Assembly: GCA_027313505.1 (NCBI GenBank)
Contig: DAHVDN010000011.1
Span: 2,131-66,130, forward strand
Length of the DNA: 64,000 nucleotides
Direction of reading: 5' to 3'
DNA from: Candidatus Dormiibacterota bacterium
GTDB lineage: Bacteria > Chloroflexota > Dormibacteria > Aeolococcales > Bog-877
Below the pieces are notes generated by a model. The model did no database searches. It was not told the origin of the DNA and saw only the letters and a program-made list of their open reading frames with translations. The position numbers and the translations under genes are program-made. Shown one piece after another: positions 36,455-45,988 of this stretch. Numbering within the stretch: the stretch's first letter is position 1; each line of letters starts with the position of its first letter.

Positions 36455-36853
36455 CAGCTGTCAGCTGAGCCAGATGCGATAGAGGACGGCCCGCTCCAGT
36501 GACCCGCCACCAAAAGACTCATCGCAGCCTACGAACACGGGCAGACTTCGAGCTTGGGCCTCTGACCCGCATCGGATCGAGGACCGGTGACGTCGTGGGG
36601 CGCCCTGACCGACCGCGGAGCGTCGGTGGCCCCCCTTTGCATGCCCTTTGCGGAGCGCAGCTCTCCAGCTGCCCGACGTTCCTCTCCCAGACGGCCGCGG
36701 CTGGCCCCGCGCCCGGGACTCGGCTCACGGCCAGAGCTCCTTCTGGGTCGTCTTCGGTCGGTCATGCTGTCAATTGCTCCCCTACTTGCCCCCTCATCTG
36801 GGGGTCGTCAGCCGGATCCCGCCCGTCACCTAGCTGGCGCCGCTCACCACTGG

Positions 36854-38209
36854 TCAGATACGGGCAGAGCTCCCGGACAACGACCCCCGGCGCGACAGAG
36901 TGTCGATCAGCACCGCCCCGACCAGGACCAGGCCGGTGGCGATCAGCTGCCACTGCACTTGAACTGCCTGTAGATAGAGCCCGTTGTAAATCGCTCCGAT
37001 CACCAGACCGCCCAAGACCGCCTGAGCCACCTTCCCTCGGCCTCCAAACAGGCTGGTGCCGCCGATCACCGCGGCGGCGACCCCGTAAAGGACGTACTGC
37101 CCTCCGTTGACATTGGTCGAGGTCCCACCTTGCCATGACAGGTAGAGGATCCCGGATATCCCGGCGGTGACACCCGCCAGGACGAAGGCCCAGGTGCGAA
37201 CGCCCGGCAAGCTGATTCCGGCGCGGCGAGCTGCGTCGGGGTTGCCGCCGATGGCATAGACATAGCGACCGAACTTGGTCCGCTGCAGCAGAAAGACCCA
37301 AATGAGAAGCACCACGAATACGATTGGGACGACCCACGGGACTCCCTCGACCACCTGGGTGACCGCCCCCCGGTTGACGTTGCAGATCGCGACAACCGCG
37401 ATCCCGGCGGCCACGAAGAAGCCGATCTTGATGGCCGTGAGGCCGGGAGGCGGTGCCACCAAGCCACGACGACGCCTCCCGGAGTCACGGGTCCAGAGCG
37501 CCACTGAGAAGATCCCAGCCACCAGGGCGAGCGCGATCCAACCGGCCAGCGGTGGAATGTTGCCCCAGACGAACTCGTAGAGCACATGCTGGTTGACCAG
37601 AATTGGGCTGGAGATGGATATCGCCCCGGCGTTTCCGAGGATCACCAGCATCACCCCCCACATGATCAGCAGCCCCGCCAGAGTGACCACGAACGAGGGC
37701 AGGTGCAGACGCGAAACCAGAGTCCCCCAGACGGCTCCGGTCACACCGCAGCACACCAGAGCCACCACGATCGCGAGCCACCATGGCCAATCCGGGCCAG
37801 GCTTCTGCACCAGGAGCCCCGCGATGGCAGCGCCCACTGCCAGGACGTAGCCGGCGGAGAGATCAATCTCGCCGAGCAGGAGCACGAAGATCTCAGCCAT
37901 CCCCAGGGTCATGAAAACCATGCTCTCGATGAAGAGGTTCACCAGGTTGCCGGGAGAGAGGAAGAGACCCTGTGTCCAGATCTCAAACGCGATGGCGATG
38001 ACCACCAGACCCAGCACCACCGGGAGTGCACCTGTCGCACCGCTGCTGACCCGGGCGAACCAGGCGCGCAGGTACTGACCGAGCGTCTCCGCGAGGATCT
38101 CCGGCGGGACGGCGTCGAGGGCGGCAGCCGTCAGATCCACGGGAGCTGCCACCTGGGGCGGCGTCGCCCCCGATGAACCCTGGCCCAACTCTTCTTCCGC
38201 CTTAGCCAT
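36854..38209 (-). CDS. sugar ABC transporter permease (CUT2, XylH/FrcC-like)
   Basis: 451 aa with about 10-12 TM helices. BPD_transp_2-type strings (GEIDLSAGYV, GGTSLFGGRG). Confidence 0.85.
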   Translation of the reverse strand: MAKAEEELGQGSSGATPPQVAAPVDLTAAALDAVPPEILAETLGQYLRAWFARVSSGATGALPVVLGLVVIAIAFEIWTQGLFLSPGNLVNLFIESMVFMTLGMAEIFVLLLGEIDLSAGYVLAVGAAIAGLLVQKPGPDWPWWLAIVVALVCCGVTGAVWGTLVSRLHLPSFVVTLAGLLIMWGVMLVILGNAGAISISSPILVNQHVLYEFVWGNIPPLAGWIALALVAGIFSVALWTRDSGRRRRGLVAPPPGLTAIKIGFFVAAGIAVVAICNVNRGAVTQVVEGVPWVVPIVFVVLLIWVFLLQRTKFGRYVYAIGGNPDAARRAGISLPGVRTWAFVLAGVTAGISGILYLSWQGGTSTNVNGGQYVLYGVAAAVIGGTSLFGGRGKVAQAVLGGLVIGAIYNGLYLQAVQVQWQLIATGLVLVGAVLIDTLSRRGSLSGSSARI

Positions 38210-38248
38210 TCCTAACCAACCTCTCCACGCTGTAAAGCTGCTCCACAG

Positions 38249-39034
38249 CTAGCGGGCCGAACTGCCAGTGGTCATGAAGTCGACGACGCTCTGCCGATCG
38301 AAGTCTGATGCCGGGCCCTCTGCTACCTTCCGCCCGAGGTGGAGCACGGCGATCCGGTCTGCCACCTCGAAGACGTCATTGAGATTGTGAGTGATGACCA
38401 TGACCGCCAGTCCGTGGTCCTTCAGACGTCGGACCAGGTCCAGAACCATGCGGGTCTGAACCACCCCCAGTGCGGCCGTGGGCTCGTCGAGGACGACCAG
38501 CTTTGAGTTCCACATCACCGCCTTGGCCACCGCAACCGCCTGGCGCTGGCCACCGGACAGGGAGGCGACCGGCTGACGAATGGAACGAACGGTGGTCACC
38601 CCCAACCCTGCGAGGGTCTGGGCGGCGGCACGCTCCATGGAGTCCTCATCCAGGAAGATACGGTGCATTCGCTCACGCCCCAGAAACATGTTCTGAACTA
38701 TGTCGAGGTTGTCCGCCAGGGCCAGATCCTGATAGACGACCTCGATTCCAAGGGCAGCCGCATCTCGGGGACCCCGAATGTTCACATGGCGTCCGTCCCA
38801 GATCATCTCCCCGCTGTCGGGCTGATGTATTCCGGCGATGCACCTGGTGAGCACCGACTTTCCGGCGCCGTTGTCGCCACAGAGGGCGGTCACCTCATTG
38901 GCAGGTAGGTCCAGGTCGACCTGGTAGAGAGCCTGAACTGCTCCGAAGTGCTTGTCGATGCCCCGCAGCCGAAGCAGCGACGGCTGCCCGCCGACCGCAG
39001 GGACGTCGGGGTGCGCCACGTCGACCACGGTCAC
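38249..39034 (-). CDS. sugar ABC transporter ATP-binding protein (single NBD, FrcA/XylG-short type)
   Basis: GDNGAGKSVL, LSGGQRQAVAVAKAV, LVVLDEPTAALG. GTG start. Confidence 0.88.
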   Translation of the reverse strand: MTVVDVAHPDVPAVGGQPSLLRLRGIDKHFGAVQALYQVDLDLPANEVTALCGDNGAGKSVLTRCIAGIHQPDSGEMIWDGRHVNIRGPRDAAALGIEVVYQDLALADNLDIVQNMFLGRERMHRIFLDEDSMERAAAQTLAGLGVTTVRSIRQPVASLSGGQRQAVAVAKAVMWNSKLVVLDEPTAALGVVQTRMVLDLVRRLKDHGLAVMVITHNLNDVFEVADRIAVLHLGRKVAEGPASDFDRQSVVDFMTTGSSAR

Positions 39035-39107
39035 CGGCCCCTACCCCGGCGGTTCGAACTTGTCACCTGACCAACTCCTCCTAATTCCCAACCGTCCGCA
39101 GAGATTG

Positions 39108-39137
39108 AAGGGGCCGCACCCTGCGGTGCGGCCCCTT
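39108..39137 (-). other. 12-bp perfect intercistronic stem-loop after the SBP gene
   Basis: AAGGGGCCGCAC-cctgcg-GTGCGGCCCCTT lies 31 nt downstream of the SBP stop and about 70 nt upstream of the ATPase start. No U-tract. Fits an mRNA-stabilising or partial-terminator element of the kind common after SBP genes in ABC operons. Confidence 0.6.
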
Positions 39138-39167
39138 AATGCGATTCGCCCGATTGCTGCCCGAAGG

Positions 39168-40454
39168 TCAGCTGATTCCGTACTGGGTGCAGACGCTCTG
39201 GCCCACGGCCGAGCACAACTGCGAAGCCTGGATGAACCCGTCCTTGATCACCGTCGCCTCCATGTTCGTCGGCGTCACCCACTCCGGAGTGAGCAACGAT
39301 GCCGGCTCGGTGATGCTGGAGCTGGCCGGGTCGATGGTTGTCGAGTTGACCAGGCTCGCCGGTGGGGTCTTACCCGCCCGCAGGATTGTGGCCAGGGCGA
39401 CCGCGTCCTGTGCCTCCAGGTAGATCGGCTTGTAGACGGTTCCACATTGGTAGCCGCCCAGGATGTTCTCCATGCCAGTCAGGGTCGCGTCCTGGCCGGT
39501 GGTAGGAACGGTCTTCGGCTGAACTCCCTTGGCCTTCAGGTCCAGGACCACGTTGGCGTTCATTTCGTCATTGGCGACCACCACCGCGTTGATGTTGGGA
39601 TGGGCAGTCAGAGCCTGGGCGAAATTGGTGCCCGCAGTGGCCACATCCCAGTTCAATGTGACCTGGTCACCGACCAGGTTGTAACCCAAGCTGTTGGTCT
39701 TGGGAGGGGTCAACGGGGTCGTCTTGGTGCCCCAGATGACCGAGTTGTAACCCTGCGCAAAGGAGATCGCATTCGGGTCGCTGTTCTCTCCGCCGTCAAC
39801 CTCCCAGACCTGGGGCTTGGTGACTCCCCAAGCAGAGACGCAGGCCTCAAAACCATGCCCGATCAGCTGACCGACCTTGAAGTTGTTGAAGCTGACGTAG
39901 TAGGTCTTCGTTCCCGCGAAGGTGGCGCGGTCATAGCTGACCAGGGCCACCCCGTGGGATGCCGCGTAGGCCTGGATCTCGCCGCCGACCGTGCCATCCA
40001 GCGGATCCATCACGAGGACCTTGGCCCCCCTTGTGATGTCCGCCTCCGCCATCGACAGCTCGGTGGCATCACTCCCCTGGGCGTTCTGGATGGAGAAGTC
40101 GGAGGCCGGGTAGCCTGCCATCTGGAACGCCTTCTGGAGATAGGGCGCGTCGAACTCGGTGTATCTGGTGGACGACACGGTGTCGGGAAGGATAACCCCG
40201 ACCAGCCCCTTCCCAGCGGCCTCCAGGCCCTTGAACTTAGCCATGGCCGAGAAGTTCAAGGTGAACGAGGAGACGGTCACATTCGGAACCGTGGTGCTGC
40301 CCGATGAGGTCTTGGAAGGGGAAGTCGAGCCACATGCGGCTGCCACCAGAGCCAGCGCTCCAAAGAGGCCCACCCATCCAGTTCGCCGCAGCCCCAGGTG
40401 GGCGCCTCCAGCGGTACCGGAGCTGCGGTTAGCCGCCTTACCTTCTACAACCAT
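39168..40454 (-). CDS. sugar ABC transporter substrate-binding lipoprotein (CUT2, XylF-like)
   Basis: Signal peptide plus lipobox VAAACGS and a Ser/Thr linker. Periplasmic-binding-protein type I fold strings (GVILPDTVSSTRY, VLVMDPLDG, VVVANDEMA-like VVVANDEMN). Confidence 0.85.
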   Translation of the reverse strand: MVVEGKAANRSSGTAGGAHLGLRRTGWVGLFGALALVAAACGSTSPSKTSSGSTTVPNVTVSSFTLNFSAMAKFKGLEAAGKGLVGVILPDTVSSTRYTEFDAPYLQKAFQMAGYPASDFSIQNAQGSDATELSMAEADITRGAKVLVMDPLDGTVGGEIQAYAASHGVALVSYDRATFAGTKTYYVSFNNFKVGQLIGHGFEACVSAWGVTKPQVWEVDGGENSDPNAISFAQGYNSVIWGTKTTPLTPPKTNSLGYNLVGDQVTLNWDVATAGTNFAQALTAHPNINAVVVANDEMNANVVLDLKAKGVQPKTVPTTGQDATLTGMENILGGYQCGTVYKPIYLEAQDAVALATILRAGKTPPASLVNSTTIDPASSSITEPASLLTPEWVTPTNMEATVIKDGFIQASQLCSAVGQSVCTQYGIS

Positions 40455-40923
40455 CGAGAGACCCTCCTGTCGATTCTGCCGCTGTGCCCTTTCTCGGTGA
40501 CCATCTGCCTCGCCCTCCTACCGTATCCCGACTTCGAAATTAGCTAGCTGCCGACCCCTGCCCCACCACCGGGGACTCTGGGTCCGCAACCACCGATGCC
40601 CTGATGGGTCTGCCGCGACGGCGCGGCCGCCAATCCCAGACCGAACGGTTCGTTGAACCTCCCATGTGGCGGGTCCACGGCGACCCTAAGTCGGTCAATC
40701 GGAGGGCAGCATATGTTGTGGCGCACAACTTGTCAAGCGGGCGACCTCGGGGTCAGTCGGTGAGAGATTTGGGCCCTGGATCCCAGTTGGGGCTGTCGTT
40801 GGTTGAGTGAGTGCGAGCTCCTCACGGGGTTGCCTCGATTGGAGCCGAGGCGCATCCCAACGGGCTGCTCCGAGCGAGGCTCGGTACTGCCGGGACGCCG
40901 GGACTGCGAGCGGCCTCGGTCCC

Positions 40924-43215
40924 TCAGCCCTGGGGGGCGGTCGCCTCACGGGTCGTCCCGGGCCGCCGATCTTCGTAGAACCCCAGCCGGGCGACGAGAG
41001 CCTTGACGCCAGAGGGCGCCCACCAGTTCAGCTCGCCTAGGATCCGCATAAGTGCCGGGACCATGATGCCCCGCACCAGGGTGGCATCGACCGCCACCGC
41101 GATCGCCATACCGACCCCCAGGATCTGGATATCCAGCACATGTCCCAAGGCGAAGGCGGAGAACACGGTGATCATGATCAGGGCTGCGGAACTAATTACA
41201 CCGCCCGTGGCGGCCAGCCCCTCCTGGACAGCGCGTCGGTTGTCGCCGGTCTCCAGGTACCGCTCCCGAATCCTGGTCAAGAGGAACACCTCGTAGTCCA
41301 TGGAGAGCCCAAACATGATCGCGAACATGAGCACCGGGTCGGTGGCGGTTATGGATCCGGGGGCCGTGAAGCCCAGGATATTGGACAGATGGCCCTGCTG
41401 AAATATCCACACCATGGCCCCGAACGCGGCGCTTATCGAAATCATGCTCATCAGTACCGCCTTGACCGGAAGCACCACCGAGCCGAAGGTGAGGAAGAGC
41501 ACCAGCATGGTGACGGCGACCACCAGCAGGACGGCCCAGGGGATGGTCTGCGCGAAGGCATTGATGAAGTCGACCGACTCAGCGGCGCCACCGGCCAGCA
41601 GGGGCTGGGCCCCGGGTGGCCCAGCCAGTGTCCTCAACCGATGGACCAGGGCCGCCCCCTGCGCCGAGTCCGGACCAAAGCTGTTGGCTATCTCAAATTG
41701 GGCGATCGGGCCGGCGATATTTCCAGCTATGTACCGGTTGATTCCCGCCGGCCGCTGCCCGGCCGGAAGCAAAAGCAGCCTGAGGTAGGCTGCCTGGTTC
41801 TCTCCCGGTGGAGCTTTGAGCACTCCGTCGATCCCCTGGACCCCGGGAAGGGCCTGGACCCGGGCGAGATAGGCCCCCAGTTGGTGTTCCTGAGTGGCAC
41901 TCAACCTCCCTCCGAGAGGGTGGGCGTAATTGAGGACCAGGTTCATGTCGTCAACTCCACCCGCCTGGGGGAAGGAGAAGTTGAGCAGGGCGTATCCGGT
42001 GCGCGCCGGCCCCGCTGGGATTTCGTAGACGCTGCTCCCGGTGGAGAGACGAAGGCTCAAGAAGGGAGTACCCGCCGCCAGCAGGACCGCCGCCGTTGGA
42101 ATGGCTATCGCCACCGGATGGCGCATAACCCGGTCGGCCACCCAACCCCAGAAGCTGGAGTGATGGTCGGTTGGACGGCTCGCCCGATGAAGGCTGCGGC
42201 GCACGCTGAGGCTGTTCACCCTACGACCGAGCAGGGCGAGCAGCGCCGGAAGGGCGGTTAGGGCGAACAGCAGCGTGCAGCCGACCACGACCACACCGCC
42301 TACTCCCATGCTCCTCAGGGCCGACGCGGGAAAGAGTGTCAGGGAGCTGAGGCCGACAGCGACCGCGGTCCCCGAGATCGCCACCGCCTTGCCCGCGCTC
42401 GCCGTCGCCGCCCGAACGGCCACCTGCACCTCGGAGTGGGTGAGCTCCTCCCGAAACCGCTTGACAAAGAAAAGGGAGTAGTCGATGGCCAGCCCCAGTC
42501 CGATGATCGTGGCAACGTTGGTGACAAAGATCGACATCCCAAAACGGGCCGCGATCAGGCTGATGAGGCCGAGCGCCGCCGGGACCGCCAACCCCGCGAT
42601 TACCAGAGGGAGCAGCGCCGCTACCACTGAGCCGAAGACGATAAGCAGGAGCACCAGTGAAACCGGTAAGGCGATTAGCTCGGCCCGTTTCAGCTGTTGC
42701 TCCAAGCCGGTGTTGTAGAGGGCGTTGATCGCAGGAGCTCCAGTGACCCACATCCGCAAACCCTTGGGCGCAGTGATGTAGGACTCCAGCGAGGCCAATT
42801 GGTTGGTGGCCTCGGTCTGGCTGAGCTTCAAGTTGACCACGGCGAAGGTGTCGTGGCCGGAGCCGCCGATGAAGACCGATTGGCCCGTGTTGGTGTAGTC
42901 CAGCACACTGGCCACCTGGGGACGCTGGGCAAGGCGGGAGAAGCTACGGTCGACTCGGGTCTGCACCGAGGAGCTGGCAGCATCGGCCGCCGGGCTCTGG
43001 TAGACGAGGAGGAGCTGGGTTGTGGCGGCTCCAAAGTGCTTTGTCAGGAGGTCGCTGGCCCGCTGACTCTGTGAGCCCGGAACCGAGAAACCCCCGGATG
43101 AGAGCTGGCCGCCGAACGGGCCGGACAGACCCAACAGCACCAGAGTCAGGACCAGGGCTGCAAGTGGGATTACGCGCCGATGCCGGTAGGTGAAGTCTCC
43201 CAGCCGACCAAACAT
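40924..43215 (-). CDS. MMPL family (RND superfamily) transporter
   Basis: Two 6-TM bundles, each preceded by a soluble loop. Repeated MMPL string GLAIDYSLFFVKRFREEL / GLSMDYEVFLLTRIRERY. ATG at 43215 (MFGRLGDFTYRHRRV...) is preferred over the track start at 43269. Confidence 0.9.
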   Translation of the reverse strand: MFGRLGDFTYRHRRVIPLAALVLTLVLLGLSGPFGGQLSSGGFSVPGSQSQRASDLLTKHFGAATTQLLLVYQSPAADAASSSVQTRVDRSFSRLAQRPQVASVLDYTNTGQSVFIGGSGHDTFAVVNLKLSQTEATNQLASLESYITAPKGLRMWVTGAPAINALYNTGLEQQLKRAELIALPVSLVLLLIVFGSVVAALLPLVIAGLAVPAALGLISLIAARFGMSIFVTNVATIIGLGLAIDYSLFFVKRFREELTHSEVQVAVRAATASAGKAVAISGTAVAVGLSSLTLFPASALRSMGVGGVVVVGCTLLFALTALPALLALLGRRVNSLSVRRSLHRASRPTDHHSSFWGWVADRVMRHPVAIAIPTAAVLLAAGTPFLSLRLSTGSSVYEIPAGPARTGYALLNFSFPQAGGVDDMNLVLNYAHPLGGRLSATQEHQLGAYLARVQALPGVQGIDGVLKAPPGENQAAYLRLLLLPAGQRPAGINRYIAGNIAGPIAQFEIANSFGPDSAQGAALVHRLRTLAGPPGAQPLLAGGAAESVDFINAFAQTIPWAVLLVVAVTMLVLFLTFGSVVLPVKAVLMSMISISAAFGAMVWIFQQGHLSNILGFTAPGSITATDPVLMFAIMFGLSMDYEVFLLTRIRERYLETGDNRRAVQEGLAATGGVISSAALIMITVFSAFALGHVLDIQILGVGMAIAVAVDATLVRGIMVPALMRILGELNWWAPSGVKALVARLGFYEDRRPGTTREATAPQG

Positions 43216-43258
43216 TGAGCAACCCTCGTGGTCCGGTTTGAACAGTGATAAGGTGGCA

Positions 43259-43276
43259 TGAATGAACATTCATTCA
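43259..43276. promoter_or_regulatory. candidate TetR operator (8-2-8 perfect palindrome)
   Basis: TGAATGAA-ca-TTCATTCA is AT-rich and sits in the 111-bp divergent region between the MMPL (43215) and TetR (43327) starts. Confidence 0.65.
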
Positions 43277-43326
43277 GTTGGATCACCAGGGTACCAGGCC
43301 GAAGGGTCCCCCACGCCCCCGGTTCT

Positions 43327-43986
43327 ATGATTAGGTCCAATTCCGAAGTGACAGAGGAGTCTGCCTCCCACGCCGACCAGGTCCGCCAGCGCATCCTGGA
43401 CGGAGCTACCAGAGCTTTCGCCCGGTCCGGGATGCAGGGGACCAGTGTGCCGGACATCGCCACCGAGTGCGGCATCTCGGTGGGCTTGTTGTACCGCTAC
43501 TTCACCAGCAAGGCGGAGCTGTACACCGCAATCTGCACCGCTCAGACCATGGCCGAAGCTGAGGGTCTGAGACTCCAACTCGAGGAGATTTCAGATCCCG
43601 ACATGTGGCTGGATCACGCCATCGACTTCTATCTCGGCCGACTGGCGGCCGACGGAGGGGCCGGTCTCCTGCTGGGCGCCATGGCCGAGGCGGGAACGAA
43701 TCCGATGGTGAGGAGGTCCCTGCAACTGCGCCAACAGCTAATCGGGGACTTCATCGGATCCTTCCTTCGGAGTAGGGTCGAGGCTGGAGGCCTACCAGAA
43801 GGAGTGGCGTTCGAGGACTACGCCAAAGGTATCTCGATGCTGCTGGACGGTGCTGTTGCCGAGTGGGCCGTCGCCGGCCCCGACCTGGATCTTGGGGCGG
43901 TACGTCGGGCGATCCGGCAACTGGTCAACGCCCTGCTGCAGTCAGTTGGCGCTCACGGTCAGACCCCGGCAGCCGCCAGCGCCTGA
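43327..43986 (+). CDS. TetR/AcrR family transcriptional regulator
   Basis: HTH RILDGATRAFARSGMQGTSVPDIATECGISVGLLYRYFTSK. ATG at 43327 is preferred. The track start at 43258 lies on the operator palindrome. Confidence 0.88.
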   Translation: MIRSNSEVTEESASHADQVRQRILDGATRAFARSGMQGTSVPDIATECGISVGLLYRYFTSKAELYTAICTAQTMAEAEGLRLQLEEISDPDMWLDHAIDFYLGRLAADGGAGLLLGAMAEAGTNPMVRRSLQLRQQLIGDFIGSFLRSRVEAGGLPEGVAFEDYAKGISMLLDGAVAEWAVAGPDLDLGAVRRAIRQLVNALLQSVGAHGQTPAAASA

Positions 43987-45104
43987 GCCAGGTCGCCGAG
44001 CAGGTCTTTAGGATCTTCGAGGCCCACAGATAGCCTCACCAGTCCCTCGGGGAGATATCCCTCGCCTTCCCATCGACCGCGGCGCTCAAGCAGGGAACCT
44101 ACCGAACCGAGGCTTGTGGCATTGGTCCAGAGCCGGGTCGCGGCGCAGAAACGCTCGGTATCCTCGGCACCCGCTCCAAGCTCGATCGAGATGATGGCAC
44201 CGAAGCCGCCATCGAGCATCTCTGATGCCAATCGGTGCTGCGGATGGCCCGGCAGTCCGGGATAATGGACCAGGCGCACAGCTCTAAGCGAGGACAGCCG
44301 CTCCGCCAGCCAGGCGGCGGTCTCGACCTGCCGTCTGAAGCGGACATCCAGGGTTCGCAGCCCGCGCAGAGCCAGCCAGGCTTCCAGCTGCCCGGGGCAG
44401 GCCCCAAGGTGGGTGCGATGTCTCCTCAGCCGGTCCGCCAGCTGCAAATCTCGGACAGCTAGGACTCCAAGCATCAGGTCATCGTGGCCGCCGATGTACT
44501 TGGAGCCGGAGTGTGCGACCACATCCGCGCCCAGGGCCAGTGGTCGACACAGGAGCGGGGTTGCCAGGGTGTTGTCGACCGCCAGGAGCGCCCCCTGGGC
44601 ATGCGCCAGGCGGGCACACTCCCTGAGGTCGGGGACACTCAGCAGGGGGTTGCCCAGCGTCTCCAACCAGAGCAGCGAAGCTCCCCCAACCGCGGCCTCA
44701 ACCGCCGCCACGTCGGTGGCGTCCACCGCCTCCACCTGGCATCGCCCGCGGGCGGCGAGCAGCTGCAGGAGCGCTCTGCTTCCGGTGTAGGCGTCCTTTG
44801 CCACCACCACCCTTCCCCCTTCGGGGACCAGGTCCAAAACAGCCGCCACCCCGGCCATCCCGGAGGAGAAGCTGATTGAGGCGGCAGCGTCCTCCAGGTC
44901 GCTGAGGGCACATTCAAGCAATCCCCAGGTGGGGTTGTGGTCTCGGCCGTAGGTGAGTCCCTGAGGGTTGGCGTGGTCGAAGGTGGCGGAGACCGCCAGA
45001 GGGGGCACCACGGCACCGGTTGCGGTGTCTTTGAAGCCGGAGCCATGCACCACCCTGGTCGCAAGAGCCAGCTTCCCCTCGCCCAGCTGTCCGTCGGCAC
45101 TCAC
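43959..45104 (-). CDS. Cys/Met-metabolism PLP-dependent enzyme (cystathionine gamma-synthase/beta-lyase/gamma-lyase family)
   Basis: PLP-Lys context AHSGSKYIGGH, plus NPTW and VDNTLATP motifs. GTG at 45104 overlaps the upstream stop (GTGA). Confidence 0.85.
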   Translation of the reverse strand: MSADGQLGEGKLALATRVVHGSGFKDTATGAVVPPLAVSATFDHANPQGLTYGRDHNPTWGLLECALSDLEDAAASISFSSGMAGVAAVLDLVPEGGRVVVAKDAYTGSRALLQLLAARGRCQVEAVDATDVAAVEAAVGGASLLWLETLGNPLLSVPDLRECARLAHAQGALLAVDNTLATPLLCRPLALGADVVAHSGSKYIGGHDDLMLGVLAVRDLQLADRLRRHRTHLGACPGQLEAWLALRGLRTLDVRFRRQVETAAWLAERLSSLRAVRLVHYPGLPGHPQHRLASEMLDGGFGAIISIELGAGAEDTERFCAATRLWTNATSLGSVGSLLERRGRWEGEGYLPEGLVRLSVGLEDPKDLLGDLAQALAAAGV

Positions 45105-45988
45105 CAAGGGGCACCGCTGCGAGCCAACACCGCTTCGGCCATCTTGCGGCTCGCCTCATCCACCATCTCATCCCCCAAGCGCTTGGCGCCGCCAGCACCG
45201 CCCAGCTGCTCCAGGACCCGCTTTGCCCTGGCCACCTGGTCGGAGCTGGGGGCCATCTTGGCGTTCACAATCGCCAGCTGGGAGGGGTGGATCACCCACT
45301 TGCCATCGATGCCCACCGCTGCTGCTCGAACGCAGGCCGCCTCCAGGCCGACGGCGTCGGAGATTGCCGAGTATGGCCCATCGATCACCTGCAGGCCCCG
45401 GGCCCGGGCCGCGACTGCGATCTTCCAAAGCGGGTAATGCCAGAGGTCACCCGGGTAGCCTTCAGCCTGCCCCCCGATTACTGTCTGGTGCATCCCCATC
45501 GCCGCGGCGAAGTCGCCGGGGCCGAGGACCAGAGCCTCCAGCCGACCTGAGCAGGAGGCGAGCTGGGAGATGGACTCCAGCGCCAGCGGATCCTCAATCT
45601 GGATCTCCAAACCGAGCCGGGACCCCGGGTCCGCCTCAAGGGACTCCAGGCAGTGCTCCACAAAGCCGACCTCGGAGACTCTGCTCACCTTCGGGACTAC
45701 GATGCAGTCCAACCGGTGGTCGAACCTGGGGAGCAGCTCGGTGAGGTCGCGCAACGCGTCCGGGGTTCCCACCTGGTTTATTCGCACCGCCAGGGTTCGA
45801 GCCCCGAAGTCCACTGTCTCCAGGAGACCCATCAGAGTCGCCCTGGCCACCGCCTTCGCCTCTACGTCTGGGGAGACGGCGTCCTCAAGATCCAGAATCA
45901 CCTCGTCCGCGGGCAGGGTGGCGGCCTTGGCCACCATCCGGGCGTTTCCTCCGGGGCAGATCAGGACAGAACGCCGCCTCCTGATCAC
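45101..45988 (-). CDS. HpcH/HpaI aldolase - citrate lyase beta (CitE)/malyl-CoA lyase-like protein
   Basis: 295 aa. DLEDAV metal and substrate motif near the N-terminus, with IQIEDPLAL and KWVIHPSQ strings typical of CitE-like lyases. The GTG start overlaps the upstream stop (GTGA). Confidence 0.8.
   Translation of the reverse strand: MIRRRRSVLICPGGNARMVAKAATLPADEVILDLEDAVSPDVEAKAVARATLMGLLETVDFGARTLAVRINQVGTPDALRDLTELLPRFDHRLDCIVVPKVSRVSEVGFVEHCLESLEADPGSRLGLEIQIEDPLALESISQLASCSGRLEALVLGPGDFAAAMGMHQTVIGGQAEGYPGDLWHYPLWKIAVAARARGLQVIDGPYSAISDAVGLEAACVRAAAVGIDGKWVIHPSQLAIVNAKMAPSSDQVARAKRVLEQLGGAGGAKRLGDEMVDEASRKMAEAVLARSGAPW

Noticed and set aside
36499-37110. 203-aa plus-strand ORF in the permease/ROK spacer
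   Set aside because: Arg/Pro/Ser-rich (over 35%). It overlaps the 3' end of the permease gene, and there is no SD and no motif.
38952-40307. 451-aa plus-strand ORF antisense to the sugar-binding protein gene
   Set aside because: Shadow ORF. The opposite strand encodes a lipoprotein with a signal peptide, lipobox and PBP fold.
41140-42261. 373-aa plus-strand ORF antisense to the MMPL gene
   Set aside because: Gly/Arg/His/Pro-rich with no domain signature. The MMPL frame is clearly the coding one.
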